Virus record (IMG/VR): IMGVR_UViG_3300045988_099631
Location: 32,001-96,000 of that record
Direction: 5' to 3' (one strand)
Source: a virus
DNA length: 64,000 bases
Position numbers and translations under genes: made by a program. Positions 26,617-35,366 of the stretch are shown here, piece by piece. Position 1 is the stretch's first letter; each line of letters opens with the position of its first letter. The notes beneath the pieces are model-generated. The model was given only the letters and a program-made list of their open reading frames with translations. It searched no databases and was not told where the DNA came from.

Positions 26617-27129
26617 TCAGTTCCCCTCCGAATAGTACTTCGGCATTTCCGCCCACGCGATTACGCCGTCCCAATCTCCGCGTCCCTCCAATCCAAACGA
26701 ATGGTTTCCCCAATCGTCGGTATCGGCGCAGCACACGTCTTTGTCCACTCCCCACGCGGTTGCGACTAGGATTTCCTGTCCATCATCAGGCATAGGGCAG
26801 TCGAACATATACTCCGGGATTTCAAAATCCGAATAGCCATGCTCGGAAAATTCAGCTTTTTCCGCATCCGTCAGTGGGCGTTCGTTGAGTTTATGCCACA
26901 ATACCGGCTCGACAAGCTCTCCCATTGTTCTGCCTTCCAGCCTCACAGCGTACTGTAGTGCCTTGTGCTTGATTTGAGACAGAAGCAGTTGAATCTGAAG
27001 GTTCATGAACCACTTTCGATTCCAAATTCTCCCGTTCCAATAGATGTTTTCTTGCAGCACCAAATCGTCCAGTGATCGAATGCAATCGCCTTTCATATAT
27101 TTGGGTTTACTCATTTCCTTTTCTCCCAT
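26617..27129 (-). CDS. hypothetical protein
   Basis: 170-aa ORF. Confidence 0.45.
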   Translation of the reverse strand: MGEKEMSKPKYMKGDCIRSLDDLVLQENIYWNGRIWNRKWFMNLQIQLLLSQIKHKALQYAVRLEGRTMGELVEPVLWHKLNERPLTDAEKAEFSEHGYSDFEIPEYMFDCPMPDDGQEILVATAWGVDKDVCCADTDDWGNHSFGLEGRGDWDGVIAWAEMPKYYSEGN

Positions 27130-27374
27130 TCCAATCCGCCGAACATAGTCGTTTGCTCCATGTCCGGTTCCTTTTTCTGCGCCGCCCTCCGTTTTTCAAC
27201 CGGCCTGTACTCCCGTTCTGGGTCAAGAACGTCTATCGAGCAAAATTCGAAGTGTGGGCAGCGGTTCAGCCGCGTTATCTGACGGTCAGTTCGAATTTCG
27301 TCTTTTGGCTCGCACCAAATCATGTCATCACCTTGAAGATAAGCATTTACGCAGTAGCGGCAGTATTGCTTCAT
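27111..27374 (-). CDS. hypothetical Cys-containing protein
   Basis: Trimmed to MKQYCRYCVNAY. Confidence 0.4.
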   Translation of the reverse strand: MKQYCRYCVNAYLQGDDMIWCEPKDEIRTDRQITRLNRCPHFEFCSIDVLDPEREYRPVEKRRAAQKKEPDMEQTTMFGGLEWEKRK

Positions 27375-27379
27375 GATGA

Positions 27380-27556
27380 ATCCCCTCACTTGAAAATGAC
27401 CATTGCGGAGAAGAATTGTGACCATCCGTATCCAGTTTTTGTAGCGCAGTGCTGATATTTGATTTCGACTTCCTCATTGTTGTAGCCCTCAAGCACTGCA
27501 TTTAACTCCCTTGTAAGTTCCCTCTCATCGCTTGCAGTAAAAATTTCAACTTTCAT
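27380..27556 (-). CDS. small protein (58 aa, below the track cutoff), Cse60-like pattern
   Basis: Hand-found MKVEIFTASDERELTRELNAVLEGYNNEEVEIKYQHC. ATGA overlap with the upstream gene. Confidence 0.4.
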
Positions 27557-28032
27557 TTCTTCTCCTTTTTGTTCAGCAGGTAGTCGGCGCGAAGCGCCCG
27601 CGCAAATCCGTTGTCCGGTGCCTTCCCGTTATGGCTTGGTGTTTTGTCAAGTGCCTTTCTACACAATGCCAAACATCGCTCACAGACTGCATAACCTGTG
27701 ACTGGTGGGTTCTTCCCGCACTTTTTGCATAGCGTCACGCCGTCCATAAGAACTTTGGGGGTAGTGCCGTTCCGCCACTTATGTTCGTTCGACGCCCGCC
27801 GTGATTTCATGGCGCATTCGCCGCACGTCCGGTATTCAGGTCGTGGAGGACGCTTCCCGCATTTTGTGCATAGACCTTCAGCAGCTCGACGTTTCGCGCG
27901 CTTCGAAACATACTCAGTTTGGTGTGCTATCCACTGTTTTTTCCTTGGGTATGTTTTCTTCACATAGTCATTGATGCAATCTGGATACGGGCAGTTAAAG
28001 CAGTCATTCTTCTTGCATTCCATGTTGTTCAA
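27553..28032 (-). CDS. hypothetical multi-CxxC zinc-ribbon protein
   Basis: 159 aa with at least 5 CxxC pairs. Confidence 0.45.
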   Translation of the reverse strand: MNNMECKKNDCFNCPYPDCINDYVKKTYPRKKQWIAHQTEYVSKRAKRRAAEGLCTKCGKRPPRPEYRTCGECAMKSRRASNEHKWRNGTTPKVLMDGVTLCKKCGKNPPVTGYAVCERCLALCRKALDKTPSHNGKAPDNGFARALRADYLLNKKEKK

Positions 28033-28432
28033 CCCTTGGTATCACAGTTTGGCCCTTCCATAATGGGATGCCAATCGGTTCTTTACTCCATACAGGGAAT
28101 CGCATGACGGTAAGGCCTCTGCTAAGTTGTTCTGGAACCACACACAAATGTGCCTGAATTTCGAGCCGTACTGTACCGTCTTCATTTTTGGACGTAGATA
28201 CCCAGTCATTTGGAATGTCCCTATTCAGTTCAAATTCACACGTCGCTCCGGTCATGCGTCCGTTGAACGAAGTCGCATCGGTGTTGAACTTTGAAAAGAC
28301 AAGCGCCATGAATCGGGAAGCAGCATAGCGCTGCGGAAGAATATCGCGGCAGTTTTGAACATCTGACCATGCGAAGATTCCAGTTTTGTCTGCAAATGCT
28401 ATCCTGTTCATTTCGTCGTTCCTCCATCCCAC
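28004..28432 (-). CDS. hypothetical protein
   Basis: 142-aa ORF. Confidence 0.4.
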   Translation of the reverse strand: MGWRNDEMNRIAFADKTGIFAWSDVQNCRDILPQRYAASRFMALVFSKFNTDATSFNGRMTGATCEFELNRDIPNDWVSTSKNEDGTVRLEIQAHLCVVPEQLSRGLTVMRFPVWSKEPIGIPLWKGQTVIPRVEQHGMQEE

Positions 28433-28722
28433 AGGAGTGGTTTCCCTTCAGCGTCTACCATTACGCAAGCGCCACCGTAAATGCTCCGAATCAGATACAT
28501 CACGTTTGTTTCAGTATCGACATACACGATAAGAGCGGAATTATCGTCTTTGATGACCCGTTGAAATCGTTGCTGACTGTGCTCCGCTACGGTTTCTGTT
28601 TTGGTGGCATTCTTATCACATTCACCTGCCACCGCAAACGCAACCGAGACCACTAGCATTGCTATAATCAATATCACAAGCAGAGCGACTGTCCTTGTGT
28701 AAATCTTCTCACTGATTTTCAT
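28408..28722 (-). CDS. membrane-anchored protein
   Basis: N-terminal TM helix VALLVILIIAMLVVSVAFAVA. Confidence 0.4.
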   Translation of the reverse strand: MKISEKIYTRTVALLVILIIAMLVVSVAFAVAGECDKNATKTETVAEHSQQRFQRVIKDDNSALIVYVDTETNVMYLIRSIYGGACVMVDAEGKPLLWDGGTTK

Positions 28723-29150
28723 GCGGATTCCTCATGATCGTAGATCGTGCCGCACCGATGAAGTTCATTCTGGTCGTCCACCGTAAGATTCGTGGCGTAC
28801 CGTCTGTCTTTGCAGTTCCGGACTGCAAATGAGGCATCTGCTGTGGTAAACTCAACGGAGTACAGCTGTGGAACGCCTTCGACGCTCAAGATGTCACCCT
28901 CGAAGATTTTCTCGCCATTTCTGTCAACAAGCCCGATGTACTGTCCGACCGTTTCCGGAATGACCTCCACAGCTTTATTGAACGGCTCCCCATTGTCGAT
29001 GAAGAATTTCCCTTCACACGCGCGCCCTGTGTCATTCGCGCGGCCAATCAGATAGCCATATACCCACTCACCATTGTTTACTGACTTGCCTCTGAACGTA
29101 ATTTCTCGCAACTGTTTTTCCTCCCATTGTCGTTTCAAACTTCTACGCAT
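28719..29150 (-). CDS. YopX-family protein
   Basis: FRGKSVNNGEWVYGYL...ETVGQYIGLVDRNGEKIFEGDIL. Confidence 0.7.
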   Translation of the reverse strand: MRRSLKRQWEEKQLREITFRGKSVNNGEWVYGYLIGRANDTGRACEGKFFIDNGEPFNKAVEVIPETVGQYIGLVDRNGEKIFEGDILSVEGVPQLYSVEFTTADASFAVRNCKDRRYATNLTVDDQNELHRCGTIYDHEESA

Positions 29151-29506
29151 TCGTTCTCACGAATGTTGACCCGATGCCCGTTGACCTGAATCACATATCC
29201 GATTTGCTTGATGCCCGCATACCCGGCATACCGTTCCGCACGATACAGCGCCCCAACTTCCGGCCGAAACTCCGGGAACAGGTCAATCTTCTTTGTGATT
29301 TGAATGTCGCAATCCGTGTGCGGCAGCGCCCCTGGCCTTTTGATTTCATTGCTTGACGGCAGCTGGCCGTGACATCCATGCGCTACTCGCCACTTCGCTG
29401 CACACTCGCAGGAACAGAACTTATGTTGGTATCCTTTCGGCCTGTATCTTTGCTTCCGCCGCACTTTCTTCCCGCACCAGTCGCAGTTAAAAAATTCCCA
29501 TGCCAT
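29135..29506 (-). CDS. hypothetical zinc-binding protein
   Basis: CDWCGKK...CSCEC. Confidence 0.4.
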   Translation of the reverse strand: MAWEFFNCDWCGKKVRRKQRYRPKGYQHKFCSCECAAKWRVAHGCHGQLPSSNEIKRPGALPHTDCDIQITKKIDLFPEFRPEVGALYRAERYAGYAGIKQIGYVIQVNGHRVNIRENECVEV

Positions 29507-29509
29507 ATC

Positions 29510-29899
29510 TCACCGCCGCCTTTCCTTTGAGAAAATCTCAAATGATGTCAGCGAATCCCCTGCCTTGATCTGCCCTTTGCAGAATATCCGCAGATACCCG
29601 CACGGCAGACAGTCTATCGACCACGCCGGCAGCGCCATCTTCCGATAATCACACGGTCCCATCCACTCTCCATGTCCGCCATGTCCTTCCAAGTCCAACG
29701 TCTCCGATACTCCAGACAGCCTCACGACCGGCTCAGGTCCCACACATCCTACAAAGTCCATCCGCCCCCATGTTTCACGGCTCAAACTGTCCTCCATTGG
29801 AATGATGACCAGACTATCAAACGCAGGTTCTTTACTGTCAAAACGTTCCCGTTCCGGAACTTTCTCGAAATCTTCCTTGCGCATTTTTCGAATGTCCAT
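29510..29899 (-). CDS. hypothetical protein, first gene after a 29-mer promoter element
   Basis: Start moved to MDIRKMRK (RBS GAGGGGG), because the predicted -10 lies downstream of the track start at 29935. Confidence 0.4.
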   Translation of the reverse strand: MDIRKMRKEDFEKVPERERFDSKEPAFDSLVIIPMEDSLSRETWGRMDFVGCVGPEPVVRLSGVSETLDLEGHGGHGEWMGPCDYRKMALPAWSIDCLPCGYLRIFCKGQIKAGDSLTSFEIFSKERRR

Positions 29900-29924
29900 T
29901 GCTTTATCGCCCCCTCTATTTTTC

Positions 29925-29969
29925 ATCATACTCATGCCAACAAATGTTTTTTCCCATTCTTATGTCAAC
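29925..29969 (-). promoter_or_regulatory. class-A promoter: conserved 29-mer (29941-29969) plus TATGAT 32 nt downstream of its TTGACA
   Basis: The 29-mer is identical to the copies at 14046-14074 and 50305-50333. Confidence 0.55.
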
Positions 29970-31013
29970 TCACCCATGTACGCACACCATCCCGGCGCAC
30001 GCCTCCCATCAGCCGATGCACACTTGATTCATACCTATGCAATATGTGCCCCATGTCCGTAGGACACCCGATATGTTGCCGTAAGGCAACCGCGCAAATT
30101 TTATTTTTGGGGTATGCCCCATATCCGTTCCAAAATTTTAACTCAGGTTTGGGAAATACCCCCTCCCCCATGTCTATTCAGTCAAAAAGAAAGCGCCGAC
30201 CATAGCCGACGTCGCAAAAGCATATTCAGGCGTATATGGAATCCAGTTTATCCAACCGGTCGCACCATTCCACACTTGCATCATGAATGCGGCGATCATC
30301 CATTCAACCACTACGTCCGTTTTTGGTGTCGTTTCGCGGAACATGGTCAGAGGGGGAAGTGCTTAGTGCGTTCTCCGATTTTGGGTGCGTCCTGGTCTTG
30401 TAAAATGGGGGGTGTTCTTTCATTCTGACGTGATTCTTTCATTTTTGGGCGTATGTCGTTTACATTATGCCCTATAAAGTAAACGACATACCATCATTTT
30501 TGCAAGATTTCCGTCAGAATCATGCAGAAGTCCGAACTTTTTCCGGATTTTTGCATGACACGCCCAGTTTGCTGCGGCTTGCCGTTGGTGTGCAATGGGG
30601 CGCGGTTGGAAATTTTGCCGCTTGTTTCCGCCTGAACAGAGCGGAGCCGGGAACACTTTCCCCGCGCGGCTGTTGTGGTGTGCTGTAAGTAGCTGTTGGC
30701 TGGTGTTCGCTTGGGTTGCGGCGCGTTGCCTTCTAGTTGGCAGGGCTGGGCGGCAGGGGCTGGCGGTGAGTTGAACGTTGGTGCGCGGGTATAAAGAATA
30801 TAGTGTAATACTCGCCCGCGCAATCAACACACGCGCACGCACGCGACGCGCACGCATACGCGCATACGCGCGCGATATAATATGGAGTGACTGCGGGAGT
30901 GTGTGCGGGGCGTGTAGGGGCTGCGCTGGGCTGTTGGGTCGGTGTTGGGGCGGTGTTGGGGCTTGTGGTGGCGCTGGTGGTCGGCTAGGGGCTGCGGGGG
31001 CCTTGGCGGGCGG

Positions 31014-31736
31014 TTAAGCCTGCGCAAGGTAGCGGGCGCGTATCTTATCGATTCGGCGTTGAACGGCGCTTTTGCTCATGCCAAGGGCGGCGGCAATGGT
31101 GCGGACGGTGTGCCCGTCGGCAAGTGCTCGGATGATTGCGCGGTCGGTGCTGTCAGTGGCTGCGGCCTCGATGGCGGCGCGGATAATGGCGGCATCTTCG
31201 GGGCTGCTGCTGACGGGGGCGGCTGTGACGCTTGGCAGGTAGTCGAGCGGTGTTTGTGTGCAGTCGTCGCCGTCCGCGTCGGCGGCGCTGGTGAGTTGGC
31301 AGCAGTTGGACGCGTGCCGGTACTCGGCGCGGCTGATGACGTGCGTTGCCTGGGTGCAGGCTGCAAAGAGTATGTGCGTAAGGGTGTGCGGCTCGTCGCT
31401 TTGCTCGTTGCGCGTGAGGGCAGGCGCGACGCGGGGCCATGCCTCGGCTGCGACGGTCTGCGCGTCGTCCGGGGTGCGTATCCATTCTGTATCGATTCCG
31501 CGTCCGGTGGCCTCGGCGCGGTGCTTGACGGTCCACGCCATGCGGATCAGCGCGGTATACTGTTCCTCGCCGCTCATGTTGTCCCACACGCGGCGGGCTG
31601 CTGTGGCGGCTTTGGCGGTTCTGTGCGCCTCTTTCAGGCAGATGGCAAACTGGGCGCGGCTGCGGGTCTCGGGGTACTCTGCGACGGTGGCGCGGTACAG
31701 GCTCCATGCCTGCCGCATGATCTGGGCTTTACTCAT
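31014..31736 (-). CDS. sigma-70 region-4-like HTH protein (candidate phage sigma or transcription factor)
   Basis: The C-terminus (DRAIIRALADGHTVRTIAAALGMSKSAVQRRIDKIRARYL) resembles sigma region 4.2. RBS AAAGGAG. Lies in the GC-rich island. Confidence 0.45.
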   Translation of the reverse strand: MSKAQIMRQAWSLYRATVAEYPETRSRAQFAICLKEAHRTAKAATAARRVWDNMSGEEQYTALIRMAWTVKHRAEATGRGIDTEWIRTPDDAQTVAAEAWPRVAPALTRNEQSDEPHTLTHILFAACTQATHVISRAEYRHASNCCQLTSAADADGDDCTQTPLDYLPSVTAAPVSSSPEDAAIIRAAIEAAATDSTDRAIIRALADGHTVRTIAAALGMSKSAVQRRIDKIRARYLAQA

Positions 31737-31833
31737 GTTGAAGATCTCCTTTATTCGTTTTACTTGATGGGGCGGGGCCGCTTTGGTGCCGGGTGCGGCT
31801 CTGCTAGGGTGTCCGGGGCGGGGGGCTGTGCCC

Positions 31834-32013
31834 TCAGAAGCTCGGCTGTAGCTTGATCTCCCAACGGCCGCAAATGTCGCCTGCGGCGTTTTTCTCGGCC
31901 TTTTTCAGGGCCTTTTCGATTGCTGCCGCTTTGTTGGGTGCGCTCACGGTAAATGCTTGGTGCTTGCCGCCATTATCCACGCAGCGGAAAGCGAACTTGT
32001 AGTTGCTGCTCAT
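31834..32013 (-). CDS. hypothetical protein (59 aa)
   Basis: Trimmed to MSSNYKFAFRCVDNGG with a GGAGGTGAG RBS. Confidence 0.4.
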   Translation of the reverse strand: MSSNYKFAFRCVDNGGKHQAFTVSAPNKAAAIEKALKKAEKNAAGDICGRWEIKLQPSF

Positions 32014-32240
32014 GCTCTCACCTCCCCGGCAACGGTGAACTCTCCGGCCCATGCGCGGATGATTGATCCGGCCTCGGTCACGGCGGTGATCCAGCCGCTG
32101 ACGTTCGCGGCCTTGCGGCAGCGGATGACCTGCCCGCGTCCGGCGTTGTAGTCGATTCGCAGGCCCTCGGCGGCTGCGGCGCGGATCTCGGCGGGCGTGT
32201 GCCACTGCGGGCGATCCGTGGGACTAATGTTGATCTTCAT
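32010..32240 (-). CDS. hypothetical protein (76 aa)
   Basis: Trimmed to MKINISPTDRPQW with an AAAGGAGCC RBS. Confidence 0.4.
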   Translation of the reverse strand: MKINISPTDRPQWHTPAEIRAAAAEGLRIDYNAGRGQVIRCRKAANVSGWITAVTEAGSIIRAWAGEFTVAGEVRA

Positions 32241-32254
32241 GTTGTAGGCTCCTT

Positions 32255-32485
32255 TCAGTTCTCGGTGAAGTACCGGCGCAAGGTGGAATCTTCCGGGCTT
32301 TCTGAATCCAGCCACGCATTAAACGCGCTGGGGTTGCGCTTTTCGAGTTCGTCCATGATCCAGCCGCGCGTGATCGCGGTTTCCGGTGATGTGCTGAGAA
32401 ATTCCGTTGTTTCCCACGCTTTTAAAAGTTGTTCATTCGTCAGTTTGGCGATGATTGCCGGAGCTGGTGCGGTTTCGTGTTTCAC
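32255..32485 (-). CDS. hypothetical protein (GTG start)
   Basis: Has the same AAAGGAGCCTACA leader as the previous gene. Confidence 0.35.
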   Translation of the reverse strand: MKHETAPAPAIIAKLTNEQLLKAWETTEFLSTSPETAITRGWIMDELEKRNPSAFNAWLDSESPEDSTLRRYFTEN

Positions 32486-32499
32486 GGTGTAGGCTCCTT

Positions 32500-32691
32500 T
32501 CAGGTTGTCCCGGCGGCGTGTGCCGCCATGTAAGCCGCTTCCGCGCGTCTTGCGTCCAGCCATGCGGCCCAGATGGTCGCGGTGTCCTGCCCGATCTTCA
32601 AGCGCACGGCGCAGAATTCCAAGAAGCGATTAAACAGCTCCTTGTCTTTCACCTGCTGGTACAGTTTCAAAAATTCCGTTGTCTGGTTCAT
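32500..32691 (-). CDS. small protein, F-x-RF-x-x-FC...IW-x-x-W family member 1
   Basis: ELFNRFLEFCAVRLKIGQDTATIWAAWL. Confidence 0.5.
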   Translation of the reverse strand: MNQTTEFLKLYQQVKDKELFNRFLEFCAVRLKIGQDTATIWAAWLDARRAEAAYMAAHAAGTT

Positions 32692-32727
32692 GCTCTTTTA
32701 TCTCCCTTCGGTTTGTTCTTGCTTCCC

Positions 32728-33093
32728 TTAGATGATATACATTTTTTGATCAATCGTGATCGTTACGGCTTCCTGCTGCATTTCGGCTTTGATCTGCTGG
32801 GCCAGCGTCAGCACGTCCGGCAGGCGATCCCGGAGCTGTTCGGCGGTGCAGGCGGCGTAAACGATCGTCACGGCCTCGCGGACCAGTCCGGCGTTATCGC
32901 TCACCCAATAGCCAGTGCTTTGCTGGGCGGTTGCGCCGCCGAACCAGCCGCAAAACTCGCGGGCGACGCGTTCAACCTGCGCGGCGTTGTCGGTGGCGTG
33001 GTTGATGTCCTGCGTGCCGGGGACGTAGAGCGCGACGCGCTGCGGGAGCGTGATCTGGGCGGCGTTGCTGATGATGTTGTTGATCTCTTCCAT
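32728..33093 (-). CDS. hypothetical protein, first gene of the minus arm
   Basis: 121-aa ORF. Confidence 0.45.
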   Translation of the reverse strand: MEEINNIISNAAQITLPQRVALYVPGTQDINHATDNAAQVERVAREFCGWFGGATAQQSTGYWVSDNAGLVREAVTIVYAACTAEQLRDRLPDVLTLAQQIKAEMQQEAVTITIDQKMYII

Positions 33094-33160
33094 TGTTGTA
33101 TCCTTTCCGGCCTTCGGCCTATGCCCTGCGGGGCGTTCGTTGTTTCATTTGATGGCTTTA

Positions 33161-33246
33161 TTATATATAGTTATTACATATATTTCAATAGGCATATTGT
33201 CTAAATATTAACTAGATTTTTGTGTAAATTATATAGTTATTACATA
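33161..33246. repeat. two direct copies of TTATATAGTTATTACATA in the AT-rich divergent control region
   Basis: Copies at about 33162-33180 and 33229-33246. TAGATTT recurs three times nearby. Confidence 0.5.
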
Positions 33247-33324
33247 GATTTATGCTGGATAGATATTACCTATATAATGTATAGTTGCGCTATAGATTTT
33301 TTTATGCTATATTACATATAGCGC

Positions 33325-33352
33325 GGGACAAAACGCCGCGCGGCGGTAGATT
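33325..33352 (+). promoter_or_regulatory. class-B promoter 1 (GGGACA-16-TAGATT)
   Basis: GCGGGACAAA...CGGTAGATT, 31 nt before the ATG at 33383. Confidence 0.5.
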
Positions 33353-33382
33353 AAAAAATAGAACGGCATGGAGGGTTTGAAA

Positions 33383-34000
33383 ATGGCGAAAACATCAGCC
33401 GCGCAAATTAAAGCGGCGCAAAAATGGCAAGCGGCAAATGTGGATAGATTATCTTTAGTAGTTCCCAAGGGGCAGCGGGACGAGATCAAAACGGCAGCGG
33501 CGGTGGCTGGTGAATCCGTCAACGCCTATATCATCGCGGCCATTCGGGCGCGGATGGGAAACGCGGACGGCGGCGCGGCTCCTGCGGCCGAGATCGTCCA
33601 GGCGGCGCAGCCGGTAGCAGAGGCGCAGCCGGGGCAGGTGCTCGACGGGGCCGCGCTGGAGTCGGCCAAGGTGGCAGCGGCGGCAGCCGGGGAGGATTTG
33701 CCCGCATTTGTGGCGCGGGCCGTCCGGCAGGCGGCGGACGCGGACGCGCGGGAGCGCCTGCTTGCGGTAGCGTGTAAAAATGCAAGTTTGCCGTCGTCAG
33801 CAGACGCAAGCGCGGCGGCTGAATCTTGCGAGACTTCCGCGTGTGATGTCGTGGACTGGGCCGCACGCACGGACCACCTGCGCGCGCTGCGAGAATCCGC
33901 CCGCGCGTCCGCTGGAATTCCAAGCCCTGAACAGACGGCTCCCGGAAATTCTGGGGACTTACCGCCTGAACAGGCAGGGTCGAAAACTCCGGGAGACTGA
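33383..34000 (+). CDS. ribbon-helix-helix (Arc/CopG-like) DNA-binding protein
   Basis: DRLSLVVPKGQRDEIKTAAAVAGESVNAYIIAAIRARM. Start set at MAKTS, after a GGAGGG RBS. Confidence 0.55.
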   Translation: MAKTSAAQIKAAQKWQAANVDRLSLVVPKGQRDEIKTAAAVAGESVNAYIIAAIRARMGNADGGAAPAAEIVQAAQPVAEAQPGQVLDGAALESAKVAAAAAGEDLPAFVARAVRQAADADARERLLAVACKNASLPSSADASAAAESCETSACDVVDWAARTDHLRALRESARASAGIPSPEQTAPGNSGDLPPEQAGSKTPGD

Positions 34001-34090
34001 CGGCCTGAACAGGGACGCCGGAAAACTCTGGGGCTGATGGACGGACACCGAAAAAACTGAACAGAGTGCCCGGAAAACTTCGGGGTATAG
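33925..34090. repeat. four degenerate direct repeats CTGAACAG-N-CCGGAAA-N-GGGG (three at a 39-nt period)
   Basis: Units start at 33927, 33966, 34005 and 34057. They straddle the stop codon at 34000. Confidence 0.5.
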
Positions 34091-34157
34091 CAGCGCTTAG
34101 CGAAAGCCGGGCGCTGCTTTTTCTTTTGCGTTCTCCGAAAATTTTTTGCCGATGGCC

Positions 34158-34184
34158 GGGACAAATTGAAAAATCGCGTAGATA
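34158..34184 (+). promoter_or_regulatory. class-B promoter 2 (GGGACA-15-TAGATA)
   Basis: Motif read upstream of the ATG at 34239. Confidence 0.5.
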
Positions 34185-34238
34185 TAAAGACAGAAAAAGC
34201 CGCGCACGAAGCGCGGCCAATGAAAAGGAGCGAACGAA

Positions 34239-34583
34239 ATGATTATTGATTTGATTCTCGACCGAGTAAACGGCAAGCCCTACGTCCCCGCCGACTTCTA
34301 CCGTAGCGTTGCGGAGTATGGGACGGTCTTCCCGGAGATCGTCTTCCCCATCACGGCGGTGCTCGACGGCGGCGCAGAAGCCGACGTGCGGCGCGTCCTC
34401 TGCGAGTATATCAAGAAAAACGACTACAACCCGGAACTGTGCGGTTACGTCCGCAGCGTGAAGTGGCTGGAGCCTGACGCGCTGCCGTTGAATCCGATCT
34501 GCGTTGACTGCAAACGACGCGGCGCGACCTGCGACGGTACGACTTGCCAATCGTGGACGGGCTGTGTTTACCGCAAAATATGA
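34239..34583 (+). CDS. hypothetical protein
   Basis: 114-aa ORF with an AAAGGAG RBS. Confidence 0.5.
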   Translation: MIIDLILDRVNGKPYVPADFYRSVAEYGTVFPEIVFPITAVLDGGAEADVRRVLCEYIKKNDYNPELCGYVRSVKWLEPDALPLNPICVDCKRRGATCDGTTCQSWTGCVYRKI

Positions 34584-34845
34584 TACGCCCGGCGGCGCGG
34601 TTGTGATTCACTTCCGCGCCTTTTTTATGCGCATAATTATTCACTGCTTTCGATGAACCAAGCAAACCAGAAGAACCGAGAAAACCAGAAAAACCAAAAC
34701 CAAGGGAACAAACAAACGGAGCGAAACCGAGAAAACCAAAAAAATCAGGAATCGGGAGAAAACCAACAAAACCAGCAGATCACCGAAACCAGCTAAACCG
34801 AGAAAACTAGAGATTTCAGAAATTGAAAAATTTTCGCAAAAAGCT

Positions 34846-34873
34846 GGGACAAATCCGAAATACATGGTAGAAT
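34846..34873 (+). promoter_or_regulatory. class-B promoter 3 (GGGACA-16-TAGAAT)
   Basis: Motif read upstream of the ATG at 34928. Confidence 0.5.
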
Positions 34874-34927
34874 ATAAAATAGAACATCAGATGAAGCAAA
34901 ACAAACAGATTATGGAGGTATAACAAA

Positions 34928-35167
34928 ATGAAACTAGCTGGAGAGTGGACAGTTCGCGGAGCTTTGCGCCATGATGGCCTGTTTACACTCAATGGTCCAG
35001 ATGATAGTCAGCTCTATCTGCCCGTTGGGGCGGAGGGCTGGAAGGATGGATGCAACGCCTTCAATCTTTCCACGCAGGAATTTGAGTTGATTCCTGCACA
35101 CGCGGATGTTTTTGAGGTTGACATCCTGCGTAGCCGCGCAAATTGGGAGACCGCCGATGCCGACTGA
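34928..35167 (+). CDS. hypothetical protein
   Basis: 79-aa ORF with a GGAGG RBS. Confidence 0.45.
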   Translation: MKLAGEWTVRGALRHDGLFTLNGPDDSQLYLPVGAEGWKDGCNAFNLSTQEFELIPAHADVFEVDILRSRANWETADAD

Positions 35168-35261
35168 CGTCCGGCGCCGCGCCAACAATAAGTGGGACGC
35201 CGCCATCGCTTGGGCAGTTGAAACAGCCGAAAGTTTTTTGAAATAAGCGCACACAATTACA

Positions 35262-35289
35262 GCGCCGGAAGAAATTCCGGCGTTTTTTC
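35262..35289 (+). terminator. rho-independent terminator
   Basis: GCGCCGGAA gaaa TTCCGGCG followed by TTTTTTC. Confidence 0.6.
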
Positions 35290-35301
35290 TTTATCCAGTG
35301 C

Positions 35302-35328
35302 GGGACAAACGCCGATTTCCGGTAGAAG
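35302..35328 (+). promoter_or_regulatory. class-B promoter 4 (GGGACA-15-TAGAAG)
   Basis: Motif read upstream of the ATG at 35367. Confidence 0.5.
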
Positions 35329-35366
35329 TAAAGATAGAAAGATAAAACAAACGGAGGTACTTACTC

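Noticed and set aside
30942-31856. 304-aa plus-strand ORF (G/A/R-rich), together with other long ORFs in the GC-rich island such as 33531-34550 (-) and 33526-34164 (-).
   Set aside because: They are low-complexity, GC-driven shadow ORFs antisense to better-supported genes. They have no RBS, and their composition (runs of G, A, R and P) is typical of spurious frames in GC-rich DNA.
31834-32563. N-terminal extensions of the track ORFs 31834-32205, 32010-32315 and 32255-32563.
   Set aside because: The extensions are Arg-rich, overlap the upstream genes, and lie upstream of clear RBSs (GGAGGTGAG, AAAGGAGCC). The starts were therefore moved to the internal ATG or GTG.
34641-34865. A 74-aa hydrophobic minus-strand ORF.
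   Set aside because: It is an artefact of translating the complement of a T-depleted A/C-rich tract, which gives runs of L, V and F. It has no RBS and overlaps class-B promoter 3.
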